Positions 1 through 7,851 of a DNA stretch of 46,272 nt are shown one piece after another. Origin of the DNA: a virus (Duplodnaviria > Caudoviricetes). Location of the stretch: positions 1 through 46,272 of the IMG/VR virus record IMGVR_UViG_3300033475_000047; one strand, given 5' to 3'. Every line of letters begins with the position of its first letter. The stretch's first letter is position 1. The notes beneath the pieces are model-generated. The model ran no database searches and was not told where the DNA came from. It worked only from the letters and a program-made list of their open reading frames with translations. The translations under genes were made by a program, and so were the position numbers.

Positions 1-1
1 G

Positions 2-31
2 GTCAAGGGTTCCGATACTCCTCCCATGTAA
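2..31 (+). CDS. 3' end of an upstream gene (partial, ...VKGSDTPPM*)
   Basis: Open frame from the window edge to TAA at 29-31, followed by intergenic hairpins; identity unknown. Confidence 0.3.
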   Translation, partial: VKGSDTPPM

Positions 32-40
32 GTGAATAAC

Positions 41-114
41 CGTGGTGCTTGCGGCGCCGCGGATATGAGGGGCGGGGTGATGAGTTACGAGAGATCATCA
101 CCCCGTCTGCTTTC
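41..114 (+). other. Two intergenic stem-loops (terminator or processing site)
   Basis: CCGTGGTGC/GCGCCGCGG (41-62, with G-U pairs) and GGCGGGGTGATGA/TCATCACCCCGTC (71-107), followed by a weak TGCTTTC tail. Confidence 0.5.
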
Positions 115-136
115 ACAAGAATAACATAGGTTGGGT

Positions 137-1723
137 ATGACATCGCTTGCCGCACAGTTTTATGAACGTTTCGCGGGGCTCCTCAAGAGCCACGGCACCT
201 ATGCCGTGGGTACGGGCCTCACGATCGACGACAAGGGCAAGTTCACCGGCAAGCGCAAGACCGTTCACAAGCCCTATACGGCCGCGCTGTGGGAAACCCA
301 CCTGGCCGGCACCTACGCCATCGGCGTTGTGCCGATCAACGAGCAGAGCCTCTGCTACTTCGGCGCGATCGACATCGACGAATATAATCTGGACCTGAAG
401 GCACTCAACGCCCTCGTCCAGGCTCTCAACCTTCCGCTCATTGTCTGCCGCACCAAGTCGGGCGGCGCCCATCTCTATCTGTTCCTGAGCGAGCCGGCGC
501 CGGCCAAGCTGGTGCGCGCCAAGCTGACGCGCTGGGCCGAGGTGCTCGGCCATGCCGGCGTTGAGATATTCCCCAAGCAGGATACCCTCGATGAGGAGGG
601 CACCGGCAACTGGATCAACATGCCGTACGCCGGCGGCGAGTTTTCCAACCGCTACGCGCTGGACCCCGAGACCGGCGACGCGCTGACCCCCGAGGACTTC
701 CTGAAGCTGGCGGAGAAAACCGCCATCGCGCCGGCCGAGCTCTCGGCGATCATCGTCAATCCACTGCCCGTGAAGCACACCAACGGCGCCGTCACCGAAA
801 ATTCCGATGACCTGCTGTTCGGCGCTCCCCCCTGCATTATCCGCGGTTTCGCCGAGAAGAAGTTCGGCGACTGGGACAACAACATGATGTTCAATCTGGC
901 GCGCTACGCCAAGGCGCGCTGGGGCGTGGAAAAGTTCTGGGACCATCTGCCCAAGCTCAACGCGCTGCTGGAAAATCCACTCTCGGCCAGCGAGGTGCAG
1001 GGGGTCGGCAAGTCGATTGCCAAGCGCGACTATTTCTACCTGTGCGAGCAGTCGCCGATCAAGGAGCTGTGCGACAAGAAGGCCTGCGCCAAGTGCGCCT
1101 TCGGGATCACCAAGGCCAAGAAGGAAAAGGTACCGCTCTCCGATACCACCAACATCACCTTCGGCGATATCGTCAAGCTCAAGACCGATCCCGTGACCTG
1201 GATAATCATGGTCAATGATCGTCGCCTGGAGATTGATACTCCCAGCTTCATGAACCAGCTGAAATTCGCGGCGGCCGTGATCGAGGCGACGAGCTTCTGG
1301 CCGCGTCCCATGAAGCCGACGAAATGGATGGAGCTCGTCCAGGAGCTGATGGACAATGCGGAGGAGGTGGACGTTCCCGAGGACGCGACGCGCGAGGGCC
1401 AGTGGTGGAGCTTCCTGCACCGCTTCTGCACCGGCAAGGTCACGGCCAAGGAGCTGGACGAGGTATTAATGGGCAAGCCATACACGGATGAGAGTGGCGG
1501 CTTGGTTTACTTCCAGTCGTCCGACTTCCTCCAGTATCTCCAGCAGCACCGCGTGTCGGGGATCGATGAGCGGGCCATCTGGAAATTCCTGCACCGCCGC
1601 CGCGCCATCAGCGAGGTGCGAACCATCAAGGGTAAGATTGTCAACCTGTGGGTGCTGCCGGCCTTCTCGAAGCAGACCGAGGAGTTCAAGCAGCCCACCG
1701 TGAATAAGCCGGAGGCAATGTAA
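137..1723 (+). CDS. AEP-superfamily DNA primase with PriCT-like domain and Cys cluster
   Basis: AIDIDEY (DxD), TKSGGAHLYLF, EIFPKQ and GNWINMPY motifs; YLCEQ..ELCDKKACAKC; ATG at 137 preferred over TTG at 131. Confidence 0.8.
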   Translation: MTSLAAQFYERFAGLLKSHGTYAVGTGLTIDDKGKFTGKRKTVHKPYTAALWETHLAGTYAIGVVPINEQSLCYFGAIDIDEYNLDLKALNALVQALNLPLIVCRTKSGGAHLYLFLSEPAPAKLVRAKLTRWAEVLGHAGVEIFPKQDTLDEEGTGNWINMPYAGGEFSNRYALDPETGDALTPEDFLKLAEKTAIAPAELSAIIVNPLPVKHTNGAVTENSDDLLFGAPPCIIRGFAEKKFGDWDNNMMFNLARYAKARWGVEKFWDHLPKLNALLENPLSASEVQGVGKSIAKRDYFYLCEQSPIKELCDKKACAKCAFGITKAKKEKVPLSDTTNITFGDIVKLKTDPVTWIIMVNDRRLEIDTPSFMNQLKFAAAVIEATSFWPRPMKPTKWMELVQELMDNAEEVDVPEDATREGQWWSFLHRFCTGKVTAKELDEVLMGKPYTDESGGLVYFQSSDFLQYLQQHRVSGIDERAIWKFLHRRRAISEVRTIKGKIVNLWVLPAFSKQTEEFKQPTVNKPEAM

Positions 1724-2130
1724 TGGGGCAACCAGCAATGCGATTTTGCCCGCACTGCAGTGGGTCATTGGATATTCCGCGGCTGCTGGATTGGGGCGGC
1801 TGGGTCTACGATGAGGAGCTCTGCGTGCTGCTTGGCGGCGGGCTCAGCGTCATCCTGACGGGACACGAGGGTGCGGTGGCCGGCGCACTCCTGCGCGCGG
1901 AGGGCCGCCTGGTGAAGAAGGATGGCGGCCTGTACGCGGCCATCTGTCAGGGCAAGGCCGAGCCGGACTGGCCCGACGTCAAGAGCATTGACGTCTACAT
2001 CTCCAAGCTGCGCGCCAAGCTGCGCGGCGTTTACGGCACCGATCGCTTCATCGCCACGCTGTGGGGCAAGGGCTACTACGCGCTGCCCTACGATCCGCCG
2101 AGCGTGCTGCCGAACCGGAGCTCACTATGA
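1723..2130 (+). CDS. Receiver-less OmpR/PhoB-type winged-helix DNA-binding protein, CtrA-like
   Basis: LTGHE..., PDVKSIDVYISKLRAKL and FIATLWGKGY resemble the trans_reg_C domain of CtrA; N-terminal CPHC. Confidence 0.8.
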   Translation: MGQPAMRFCPHCSGSLDIPRLLDWGGWVYDEELCVLLGGGLSVILTGHEGAVAGALLRAEGRLVKKDGGLYAAICQGKAEPDWPDVKSIDVYISKLRAKLRGVYGTDRFIATLWGKGYYALPYDPPSVLPNRSSL

Positions 2131-2537
2131 ACACGACGATCTGGAGCGGCTGGGAATTGCAGGGCACATTGGTGGTATCGCCGCGCAAGGTCCGGCTGAC
2201 GCGCGAGGAGGCGATTGTGCTGCGCACCCTGATGGAGCTGCGCATTGCTCACGGAACCAGCTGGAAGCGCTATGCCGTGCCGGAGCGCCTGCAGCGGGCA
2301 ACCGGATGCGCGTCGCTCAACGCCGTGCGCATTCTCATTCTAAAGCTGCGCGCGGCGCTGGGCGAGAAGGCCATTGAGACCAAGCGCAACCTGGGCTACG
2401 TGCTGATGCCCGCCAATGAGAAGCATGGAACAACCGTTTCACCCATAGACGCGCTGGTGAACGATTTAGAGCGCATCCTGGCCGAGGCGCGCCGGCTGCA
2501 ACAATCCGTTAGAGAGGGCCTGTACCATGAGCAATAG
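2127..2537 (+). CDS. Second receiver-less OmpR/PhoB-type winged-helix protein
   Basis: VRLTREEAIVL, AVRILILKLRAALGEKAIETKRNLGYVL; GGAG RBS at 2117-2120; ATGA overlap. Confidence 0.7.
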   Translation: MNTTIWSGWELQGTLVVSPRKVRLTREEAIVLRTLMELRIAHGTSWKRYAVPERLQRATGCASLNAVRILILKLRAALGEKAIETKRNLGYVLMPANEKHGTTVSPIDALVNDLERILAEARRLQQSVREGLYHEQ

Positions 2538-3114
2538 CCAACCCGTCAATCGCCTGGAGTATCCGCCGGGAAAGTTCGTCTCGGTCTACATCACGAGCAA
2601 GCGCATTCACGCGGCCAAGCTCCTGGAGCTGCGCCAGCACTGGGAGCGGCTCTACTTCACCGCGCGCTGGACGATCGTGCGCGACATCGCGGCCGAGCAG
2701 GCCAGGCCCGCGCGCTTCTGGATGCGGGATAATCACGACGACATGATCCGCTCGGACGTGATGCTGAGCTACGCCGAGCCGGAGGACGCGCTCAACACCT
2801 CCATCTTCGAGATCGGTGACGCCTGGGCGCACGGCAAGCCCATCTACCTGGTCGGCGAGAACGAGGGCTACAAGGAATGGAAGCATGCCGAGGGTATCTT
2901 CCATGTCAAAGACCTCAACGTGGCCCTGCAGAAGATCACCGACCGCATCCGCTACCAGAAGACCGAGGCCGAGGCGATTCAGGAGCGGCTGACCCAGCTG
3001 CAAGTTAAGATGCTGGAGCTTCATGAGCCCATTACCAAAGCCATGGACAAGCTGCAGAGCGACTTCAAACTATTGACCACCACCGTGGCGGTGATAAATG
3101 AGCCGGGCCGCTGA
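2527..3114 (+). CDS. Nucleoside 2-deoxyribosyltransferase-like protein with C-terminal coiled coil
   Basis: SDVMLSY...TSIFEIGDAWAHGKPIYLVG matches the NDT/RCL pattern (E-x-G-x-A...GKP). Confidence 0.65.
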   Translation: MSNSQPVNRLEYPPGKFVSVYITSKRIHAAKLLELRQHWERLYFTARWTIVRDIAAEQARPARFWMRDNHDDMIRSDVMLSYAEPEDALNTSIFEIGDAWAHGKPIYLVGENEGYKEWKHAEGIFHVKDLNVALQKITDRIRYQKTEAEAIQERLTQLQVKMLELHEPITKAMDKLQSDFKLLTTTVAVINEPGR

Positions 3115-3322
3115 GGCCCTGCGCCGCCTGCTGGGCACGTCCACCGAGGTGAACGTGACCCAGCTGGGCGCGCGCTACATCTTTTCGGTCTCGGGCGCCC
3201 TCCTCAAGGAGGCGCGCGAGGCCCTGGCGGAGCACGATCGTGGAGAGACCAATGGCGCACCTGCACTGGACGACCGTGCTGCTGATAATAATCGTCCTGG
3301 CCTGCCTGCTGACGAGAGCTGA
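3098..3322 (+). CDS. Hypothetical protein
   Basis: ORF fills the gap in the operon; phage-like codon usage. Confidence 0.45.
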   Translation: MSRAAEALRRLLGTSTEVNVTQLGARYIFSVSGALLKEAREALAEHDRGETNGAPALDDRAADNNRPGLPADES

Positions 3323-3325
3323 CTG

Positions 3326-3784
3326 ATGCGAACGATAAAGCCCATCACCGCCGCCGAGCTTGCCGCGCTGCGCGCCGAACCGCAGAAGAATGTTTCCTCC
3401 TTTACCCTTTCCATTTTTGATATGGCGTCAAGAATACCGGGAATAAGGTGCGCCTTTGATCCGCAGCTGCCGGCGCGGATCATTGCGCGCATGCGGCTGG
3501 ATGGCAGCTGCTGGCGGGTAAGCGGTTGGAACAGCAACAACGGCTTTGCCAAGATGGGTGTCGGCGGCCGGCACCGCCAGGTGCACCGCGTCGTCTACAA
3601 GCTGCTGGAGGAGTCGCTGAGCCTGCCGCCGCTCGGCGATACCGATATTCTGGATCACGTAAAGGCGCGCGGCTGCCGGTTTCGCGATTGCTCCAACCCG
3701 TTCCATCTCGAGCCCGTCACGGTGAAGATCAACACCGAGCGCGGCCTGGCCAAGTTGTTTCAAAAGAAGGGAGTTTCTCTATGA
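3326..3784 (+). CDS. HNH endonuclease (start uncertain)
   Basis: CW..., HRVVY, LDH...C...CSNPFHLEPVT...N pattern of phage HNH nucleases. Confidence 0.8.
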   Translation: MRTIKPITAAELAALRAEPQKNVSSFTLSIFDMASRIPGIRCAFDPQLPARIIARMRLDGSCWRVSGWNSNNGFAKMGVGGRHRQVHRVVYKLLEESLSLPPLGDTDILDHVKARGCRFRDCSNPFHLEPVTVKINTERGLAKLFQKKGVSL

Positions 3785-4356
3785 ACCTCGCCATCTCGCA
3801 GGCCTTCCTCCGCGCCATCCTGCTCAATCCCATGAACTACGGCTGGACCGTGCAGGGCTTCGGAATGATCCGAACCTATCTGGACGAGCAGCAGCGTTGG
3901 CGCTTGAACATCTGGGATGACCGGTTGCGCACGCCGGGAGTATCCCTCATTCACGATCACCCATGGAGCTTCACGAGCTACCTGGTGGCCGGCAAGCTGC
4001 GCAATCGCCGCTACGCCTGCGATGAGGACAGTTCCTATCCCACCCACTTCTTCAAGCGCATTCAGACCGGGCCCGATGGCGCGGACGCCAGCGGCGAGCA
4101 CACCTGCCAGCTCGCCTGCAAGGCCCTGGAGAACTATGAAGCCGGCATGAAATACTCGCAGCTGCTCAACGAGGTGCACGAGACCGACGCCGATCGCGGC
4201 ACCGTTACCCTCAACGACCGCACGCCGCCGATCGAGACCTATACCGCGCGGGTCTTCTGGCAGATTGACCACGGCAAGTGGATGGCCGCCAGGCCCCGCG
4301 CCGCGCTGCGGCACGAGGTGCTGAACGCGTGCGAGGCGGCGTACAAACTGCTATGA
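3781..4356 (+). CDS. Cupin-fold (cysteine dioxygenase-like) protein
   Basis: RLNIW...IHDHPWSFTSYLVAG.L.N motif and a later H (EVHET); GGGAG RBS; ATGA overlap. Confidence 0.6.
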   Translation: MNLAISQAFLRAILLNPMNYGWTVQGFGMIRTYLDEQQRWRLNIWDDRLRTPGVSLIHDHPWSFTSYLVAGKLRNRRYACDEDSSYPTHFFKRIQTGPDGADASGEHTCQLACKALENYEAGMKYSQLLNEVHETDADRGTVTLNDRTPPIETYTARVFWQIDHGKWMAARPRAALRHEVLNACEAAYKLL

Positions 4357-4523
4357 AAAATCTTTTGAAGCACGAATTATTCAGCATGTGGGTAGCCGTA
4401 TCCACTGGAAGCATTTTATACGGCTTCGCCTCCCACGACTGGAAACAGGTTGGTGATTGCGTATATTTTACTGCCTGGGCCTTCTTCTACGTATACTGGC
4501 GCTGGGGGAAGCTGATTAAATGA
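4353..4523 (+). CDS. Small membrane protein
   Basis: 56 aa with two hydrophobic stretches; ATGA overlaps at both ends. Confidence 0.5.
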   Translation: MKNLLKHELFSMWVAVSTGSILYGFASHDWKQVGDCVYFTAWAFFYVYWRWGKLIK

Positions 4524-5983
4524 CCCAGAACCAGACCCTCATCCTGGGTGGACCCGGCGCCGGCAAGACGACCGAGCTGCTCGGGATCATGGAGCAGGCC
4601 ATGGAAGAAGGGCTGCAGCCGTCCTCCATCGCGTTTGTCTCCTTCACCCGTGCGGCCGTCCAGGAGGCCAAGGACCGCGCCACCAAGCGCTTCAACCTCA
4701 GCGAGCGCGACCTGCCCTACTTCCGCACGCTCCACAGCCTGGCGTTCCGCGAGCTGGGCCTAACCTCGCGCGACGTGCTGAGCGAGGAGCACCTCGGTGA
4801 GCTCTCCGCGGCCACCGGCGAGCTCATCAACGACCTCAACCCGATGCTGGACTCGCCGGCCACGCGTCGCAACGCCGACGAGCTCCTCACAATCGATCAC
4901 CTGGCGCGCACCACCAAGCGCGGCCTGGAAAACGCGTGGCAGGATCATGGCGGCGACGTGGATTGGTTCCGGCTCAAGCGCTTCTCCGACACCTACCGAT
5001 CGTATAAGCGCGACTGGAACCTGATGGACTTCACCGACATGCTCACGGCCTATGCGCACGCGCACGTCCCGCCGGCGCCGGTCAAGCTCGCCATTCTCGA
5101 TGAGGCCCAGGACTTCACCCTGGCGCAATACGACGTGGCGCGCAAGGCCTTCGCCGATGCCGATGACGTCTATTATGCCGGCGACGACCTGCAATCCATT
5201 CACCGCTGGGCCGGCGCCGCCGAGGAGCATTTCCTCAATCTGCCATTCCAGCGCCGCATTCTCCCCCTGTCCCACCGACTGCCTAAGTCAATTTTTGACT
5301 TAGCGGAATCGGTGGCCTCGCGGGTTGAGCGTCGCTACGCCAAGGAGTGGCGGAGCCAGGATCGCGCCGGCCGGGTGGAGTGGATCAACCGGCCGGAGGA
5401 GGTGGACCTGAGCACTGGCAAGTGGCTCCTGCTCGCCCGGACGCGCGCCCAGCTCAACCCGCTGGCGCAGATGGCGCGCGAGCAGGGGGTTGTGTATCGG
5501 CTCAAGGGTGAGCCGAGCGTCAAGCCGGCGCACATCATCGCCATCAAATCCTATGAGGCGCTTCGCGCCGGCAAGCGCGTGGAGGCGAGCGACGTATCCG
5601 AGGTGCTGCGCTTCTGCGGCGTGACGCGCGAGCTGAAGGAGGCGAGCACCTATACGGCCGCGGAGTTGAAGATGGACTGCACGCCCATCTGGCACGACGC
5701 TCTCATTCGGCTGCCCCTCGAGGATCGGGAATACTACCTGGCCTGCCGGCGCCGCGGCGAGAAGCTGGACGGCGAGCCGCGCGTGAGGATCGAGACCATT
5801 CACGGGGCGAAGGGTGCCGAGGCGGAGAACGTCCTGCTCTCCACGGACCTCACCTATCGGACCCAGCGGGGCTATCGGCTGGACCCGGACAGCGAGCACC
5901 GGGTGTTCTACGTCGGGCTCACCCGGGCCTCGGAGACCTTATATCTGGTCGCCCCGAAGACCGCCTACGGGTTTCCCCTTTAA
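4520..5983 (+). CDS. UvrD/Rep-family (SF1) DNA helicase
   Basis: GGPGAGKT, SFTRAA, RTLHS, LDEAQD, GDDLQSIH, SHR, TIHGAKGAE, VFYVGLTRA. Confidence 0.92.
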   Translation: MTQNQTLILGGPGAGKTTELLGIMEQAMEEGLQPSSIAFVSFTRAAVQEAKDRATKRFNLSERDLPYFRTLHSLAFRELGLTSRDVLSEEHLGELSAATGELINDLNPMLDSPATRRNADELLTIDHLARTTKRGLENAWQDHGGDVDWFRLKRFSDTYRSYKRDWNLMDFTDMLTAYAHAHVPPAPVKLAILDEAQDFTLAQYDVARKAFADADDVYYAGDDLQSIHRWAGAAEEHFLNLPFQRRILPLSHRLPKSIFDLAESVASRVERRYAKEWRSQDRAGRVEWINRPEEVDLSTGKWLLLARTRAQLNPLAQMAREQGVVYRLKGEPSVKPAHIIAIKSYEALRAGKRVEASDVSEVLRFCGVTRELKEASTYTAAELKMDCTPIWHDALIRLPLEDREYYLACRRRGEKLDGEPRVRIETIHGAKGAEAENVLLSTDLTYRTQRGYRLDPDSEHRVFYVGLTRASETLYLVAPKTAYGFPL

Positions 5984-6022
5984 AATCAATGGTCCAAAAT
6001 AATTTGAAAAAAGTGGCTAGGA

Positions 6023-6056
6023 GGGGTTTACAGATGTTCAGAGCCATGGTTTAGTC
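6023..6056 (+). promoter_or_regulatory. Repeated sigma70-like phage promoter, copy 1
   Basis: TTTACA-17bp-TTTAGT after an AT-rich tract; 28/34 identical to 24354-24387. Confidence 0.7.
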
Positions 6057-6064
6057 AGCTTCAG

Positions 6065-6252
6065 TGATCGGCCGAGTACCAACAACGAACCCCGGCCCAA
6101 GCATAGTGTCCTCGGACACGCGCAGACGGGTGGGTTCAGGAGTGGTGAGTGGAGGTCGCGGAAGGTGGGGGTCCCATCAACGAGCAGGCTTTAGTACGTC
6201 TTCGGACGGGCGATGCAGCAGGCTCAAGCTTATGGGACCCCGCACCGGATCA
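6065..6252 (+). ncRNA. Putative structured RNA or 5' leader with two long arms
   Basis: Closing TGATC/GATCA; arm 1 GAACCC/GGGTTC capped by GTGTC-CTCG-GACAC; arm 2 GGTGGGGGTCCCAT/ATGGGACCCCGCACC capped by CGTC-TTCG-GACG. Confidence 0.5.
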
Positions 6253-6279
6253 ACGCAGAAACCAATGGAGGAGCCTTTA

Positions 6280-6708
6280 ATGGCCAAGATCATGAAGTTT
6301 TCCAAGGATGCCCTGAAGGGCCTCCGCTCTCCACTTGAGGATGCCCTGAAGGAGCTGGGCGAGAAATACGGAATTGAGTTCCGCGTCGGCAACGGCCGCT
6401 TTGATGAGGCCACCGCCAAGTTCCAGCTGGAAATGAAGATCGCCGACAAGTCGGTGATGGAGAGCGCGGCACGGCGCGAGTTCAGCGTCTACGCTTCCAT
6501 GTATGGGCTGCGCGGCATTGACTTCGGGACGCAGGTCACGCTGCAGCACCAGGTGTGGGAAGTGGCCGGCCTAGCGCTCAATCGGACCAAATATCCGATC
6601 AAGATGCGGAACGTCGTGACCGGAAAGACCATGGTCTATACCACCAGCATCGTGGACCGGATCAAGGCGGCGACGGATTTGAAGAACAAGGTTCCTGCGC
6701 CCACGTAG
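6280..6708 (+). CDS. Hypothetical early protein
   Basis: GGAGGAG RBS before ATG 6280; strong phage codon bias from this point. Confidence 0.75.
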   Translation: MAKIMKFSKDALKGLRSPLEDALKELGEKYGIEFRVGNGRFDEATAKFQLEMKIADKSVMESAARREFSVYASMYGLRGIDFGTQVTLQHQVWEVAGLALNRTKYPIKMRNVVTGKTMVYTTSIVDRIKAATDLKNKVPAPT

Positions 6709-6723
6709 GGCGCGGTGAGTGGG

Positions 6724-6812
6724 AGCCCAGCTGGCGGTTAAGCATTCCCCGCTCCGTCCGACCAGTTGGGCTTACCATCTAAGGTGTTGCTTCGCAACGC
6801 TTTAGATGGTAA
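6724..6812 (+). other. Tandem long intergenic hairpins
   Basis: AGCCCAGCTGG/CCAGTTGGGCT (11 bp) and TTACCATCTAAGGTGTTGC-TTC-GCAACGCTTTAGATGGTAA (19 bp, two G-U pairs). Confidence 0.6.
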
Positions 6813-6831
6813 ACAGAGCCACGGAGGAGAA

Positions 6832-7533
6832 ATGACGATATACGCCCTTGCACATGGGGTCCTGTTCAGGGACCTTTTGATCACCACGCACCCGCACGGG
6901 GAGGCCGCTCGCCAATATTTGGCAGGCACTGGTCAGCCCACTCAGGTCGTGGTAATTGAGGCGGAGGATTTGAACAGCTATTCGGGACCCAATCTCGCCG
7001 TGTTGTTCAATCGCCTGACGGATGATGAGAAAAAGCATGTCTCAAAGTTCGCCACCAAGCAAGACGGTCAGCGCCGGGTGTTCGCCGCGCTGAATGCCAA
7101 GTACGGGCAGCAGCCCGAAGAACCCTTTGACCCGAAGCCGACGGCCACGGATCAGCAGGATACCAACCCGGCCGCCATCAACGCCGGCCCCTCGGAGGGG
7201 ACGGACCAACCAACGGAGGGCCAGATGGCCACGAAGTCCAAGAAGTCCAAGAAGCCTGCAGTCAAGAAGTCGGCCAAGAAGGCCGGCGAGCGCAAGCCCC
7301 GCGTCGCGGCCCCGCTCTTTGAGGAGCTGAGCACCTCGGCGCCGAAGGCCAACATGACCTGCGGCTGCTACATTCGCTCGCTGCTCATGAAGGGCGGCAA
7401 GAATGCCACGACCGCCGCCATTCTTGATCTGGTCAAGAAGCACTACCCCGACAGCTCCGCCAAGGCCAGCGACGTCAGCTGGAACCGCCAGAAGCTGCGC
7501 AACGACGGCAAGAAGCTGCCGGCCGCCGAATAA
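6832..7533 (+). CDS. Putative DNA-binding protein with Lys-rich linker and C-terminal HTH-like module
   Basis: GGAGGAG RBS; KSKKSKKPAVKKSAKK tract; C-terminal module shared with 7852-8553 and 9193-10707. Confidence 0.7.
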   Translation: MTIYALAHGVLFRDLLITTHPHGEAARQYLAGTGQPTQVVVIEAEDLNSYSGPNLAVLFNRLTDDEKKHVSKFATKQDGQRRVFAALNAKYGQQPEEPFDPKPTATDQQDTNPAAINAGPSEGTDQPTEGQMATKSKKSKKPAVKKSAKKAGERKPRVAAPLFEELSTSAPKANMTCGCYIRSLLMKGGKNATTAAILDLVKKHYPDSSAKASDVSWNRQKLRNDGKKLPAAE

Positions 7534-7552
7534 GCCCCACGGTGAGCTAGGC

Positions 7553-7592
7553 GTGTGCTCACAGTCACCCGGAGGGGAGACTGTGAGTACAC
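7553..7592 (+). other. Long intergenic hairpin
   Basis: GTGTGCTCACAGTC...GACTGTGAGTACAC (14 bp) with a CCC-GGAG-GGG apex. Confidence 0.6.
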
Positions 7593-7614
7593 CCGAGCCC
7601 AAGGAGTGGTGACG

Positions 7615-7749
7615 ATGAAGCTGCACATATTTAAGGTCCTGCTGCCGTTCAGCGGGGAATGGCGAGAGTTTCACTTTCGCTCCTCCATAATGGCCAACGC
7701 CTACGAAGCCAAGCTGCGCTACTATGGCGTGGCCTACTCGCGGAGCTGA
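7615..7749 (+). CDS. Small hypothetical protein
   Basis: AAGGAG RBS; 44 aa. Confidence 0.5.
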   Translation: MKLHIFKVLLPFSGEWREFHFRSSIMANAYEAKLRYYGVAYSRS

Positions 7750-7752
7750 GCC

Positions 7753-7851
7753 ATGCCAACTGACGCGCAAGTCTGGACGGCCATCTATAGCCTGGTGGCC
7801 GCGGCCATCCTGATACCCACGGTGATTTTCATCTTTCTGCGGAGGGGATAA
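7753..7851 (+). CDS. Small single-pass membrane peptide (MPTDAQVWTAIYSLVAAAILIPTVIFIFLRRG)
   Basis: Read by hand, not in the ORF track; GGAG upstream; hydrophobic helix followed by RR. Confidence 0.5.
   Translation: MPTDAQVWTAIYSLVAAAILIPTVIFIFLRRG

Noticed and set aside
1723-2130. Annotation as ctrA
   Set aside because: No receiver domain; only the DNA-binding domain is similar
6065-6252. tRNA or known riboswitch/ribozyme call for the structured leader
   Set aside because: No cloverleaf, T-loop, CCA end or hammerhead core was recognisable; kept only as an unclassified structure
6064-6279. N-terminal extension of the 6064-6708 ORF
   Set aside because: No RBS at 6064, the start would coincide with the predicted transcription start, and a strong RBS precedes ATG 6280
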